64,000 nucleotides of DNA from Gammaproteobacteria bacterium (GTDB lineage Bacteria > Pseudomonadota > Gammaproteobacteria > Steroidobacterales > Rariloculaceae): contig DATBLZ010000166.1 in assembly GCA_036555065.1 (NCBI GenBank), positions 9,043 to 73,042 of the forward strand, read 5' to 3'. Both the position numbers and the translations under genes were made by a program. Positions 62,897 to 64,000 of this stretch are shown here, one piece after another (the first letter of the stretch is position 1; every line of letters starts with the position of its first letter). The notes beneath the pieces are model-generated. The model was not told where the DNA came from, ran no database searches, and saw only the letters and a program-made list of their open reading frames with translations.

Positions 62897-64000
62897 ATGA
62901 TCCCCGGAGCCCACCGGATCGACAGCGCCGTTGCATCGTGGGTGCGTCTCGTTATTCGCTTTCCAAAGACGATGATCGTCGTGGTTGCAGCGTTGACGGT
63001 CGTCAATGTTTGGTACGCGCGCGGCCACCTCGGCATCAATACAGACACGGCCGACATGATTTCGCCGGAGTTGCCGTGGCGGCGCGACTTCATTGCGTAT
63101 CGCGAAGGCTTCCCGGCGCGTGATCGCAACATCGTGATCGTCGTCGACGCCGCTACGCCCGACGCCGCGACTGCATTCGCTGCGGACCTCGCCGCGACGC
63201 TGCGCCGCGAACCCGAGCGTTTTCACTCGGTGTTCGCCGCGGGCGAAGGCGAGTTCTTCGAGCGCAACGGCCTGCTCTATCTGCCGACGGCGGATCTCGA
63301 GGATCTCGGCGACCGGCTCGCGGCGGCGCAACCGTTGGTCGGGCTCTTGAGCGATCGTTTCAACGGTGCAGGCGTCGTATCCGTTGTCGAAACCACGCTC
63401 GAGGCCGGAGACGCGGCGCCGCGCGACGCGGCAGAGCTCGGGTCCCTCTACACCGAGCTCGCGCGTACGCTCGCTGCCGCTGCCAAGGGCGAGCGTCGCG
63501 CGCTCGCGTGGCGCGAGCTCGTCATGGGCCCACAGAGCGGCTCGCCACGCGCACTCGTGCTCGTGCAGCCCGCGCTCGCTTTCGACCGTGTTCGACCGGC
63601 ACGCGATGCGATCGAGCGGATTCGTGCGGTCGCTGCGGAGCTCGAGACGACTCAGGACGCGGCCGTTCGCGTCCGCCTCACGGGCACGATCGCGCTCGAG
63701 GACGAGGAGCTTGCGAGCGTCGCGAGCGGCGCGACGTGGACGGGGATTTCGTCGCTGGCGCTCGTGATCCTCGTGCTGTGGTGGGCGCTGCGCTCGCCGA
63801 TCGAGATCGGGGTTTCGCTCATCACGTTGCTGGCCGGGCTCGTCGGCACGACCGCGTTCGCGGCGCTTGCCGTCGGTCATCTGAACCTGCTCTCCGTCGC
63901 ATTCGCGGTGCTCTATCTCGGCCTCGGTGCCGACTTCGTCCTGCACTTGTTTCTGCGTTTCCGCGAGCTCCGCGCGCTCGGCCACGGCATCGACGCGGCG
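62897..64000 (+). CDS. hpnN: hopanoid-associated RND/MMPL transporter HpnN, N-terminal 368 codons (runs off window end)
   Basis: Not in the supplied ORF track. I translated it manually from ATG 62897 and the frame has no stop up to base 64000. N-terminal TM (MIVVVAALTVVNVWYA), a periplasmic loop, then the MMPL-type TM bundle (LALVILVLWWALRS...LLSVAFAVLYLGLGADFVLHL). Codon bias is coding-like. Confidence 0.75.
   Translation, partial: MIPGAHRIDSAVASWVRLVIRFPKTMIVVVAALTVVNVWYARGHLGINTDTADMISPELPWRRDFIAYREGFPARDRNIVIVVDAATPDAATAFAADLAATLRREPERFHSVFAAGEGEFFERNGLLYLPTADLEDLGDRLAAAQPLVGLLSDRFNGAGVVSVVETTLEAGDAAPRDAAELGSLYTELARTLAAAAKGERRALAWRELVMGPQSGSPRALVLVQPALAFDRVRPARDAIERIRAVAAELETTQDAAVRVRLTGTIALEDEELASVASGATWTGISSLALVILVLWWALRSPIEIGVSLITLLAGLVGTTAFAALAVGHLNLLSVAFAVLYLGLGADFVLHLFLRFRELRALGHGIDAA

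Noticed and set aside
62108-63985. 625-aa minus-strand ORF, the longest ORF-track entry at the 3' end
   Set aside because: It is antisense to hpnG and hpnN. The product is Arg/Ala/Glu-rich with no motifs, as expected for a shadow ORF in high-GC DNA. The plus strand carries recognisable HpnG and HpnN sequences.

Overview
High-GC proteobacterial chromosome segment. Gene content and the REP style suggest a gammaproteobacterium of the Xanthomonadales/Nevskiales type, but that is inference only. I support about 60 protein genes, one tRNA-Ser(CGA), five copies of a 24-nt REP-like hairpin and a few regulatory sites. I saw no transposase, integrase, phage gene or CRISPR array. Blocks in order: (1) a DUF4097 fragment, then an ECF sigma / FecR / TonB-dependent transducer set. 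(2) A 12-gene same-strand string: cmoA-like, ICMT/LmtA-like membrane methyltransferase, lpxL-like, arnBCADTEF and an Omp85 gene. (3) czcD-crcB-DUF190, an orphan tagH, DUF1820 and purL. (4) A minus-strand operon: YtrA-type GntR, ABC ATPase, membrane protein, an unusual acyltransferase-3::ABC-ATPase fusion and an ABC-2 permease, followed by a secreted protein and a cytochrome-c/PQQ sugar dehydrogenase. (5) A 10-gene envelope cluster: TlpA redoxin, three TPR proteins, two small secreted proteins, ExbB, two ExbD and a TonB/AgmX-like protein, with a candidate sigma-54 promoter. (6) Housekeeping genes, a LexA-box-controlled PA0069-type radical SAM gene and a sigma-54/NtrC-type porin-glnK-amtB operon. 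(7) modF-like, dehydratase, fused indolepyruvate oxidoreductase, an ACE-like M2 peptidase, sulfotransferase and apt. (8) A hopanoid locus: ispA, sqs, hpnG and a 3'-truncated hpnN that the ORF track omits. The best candidates for undescribed biology are the cmoA-like/ICMT-like pair heading the lipid A remodelling string, the AT3::ABC fusion operon, the TPR-ExbBD-TonB machine, and a 248-bp composite palindrome that supplies the stop codons of both apt and ispA. All functional calls rest on motif recognition by eye; no searches were run.
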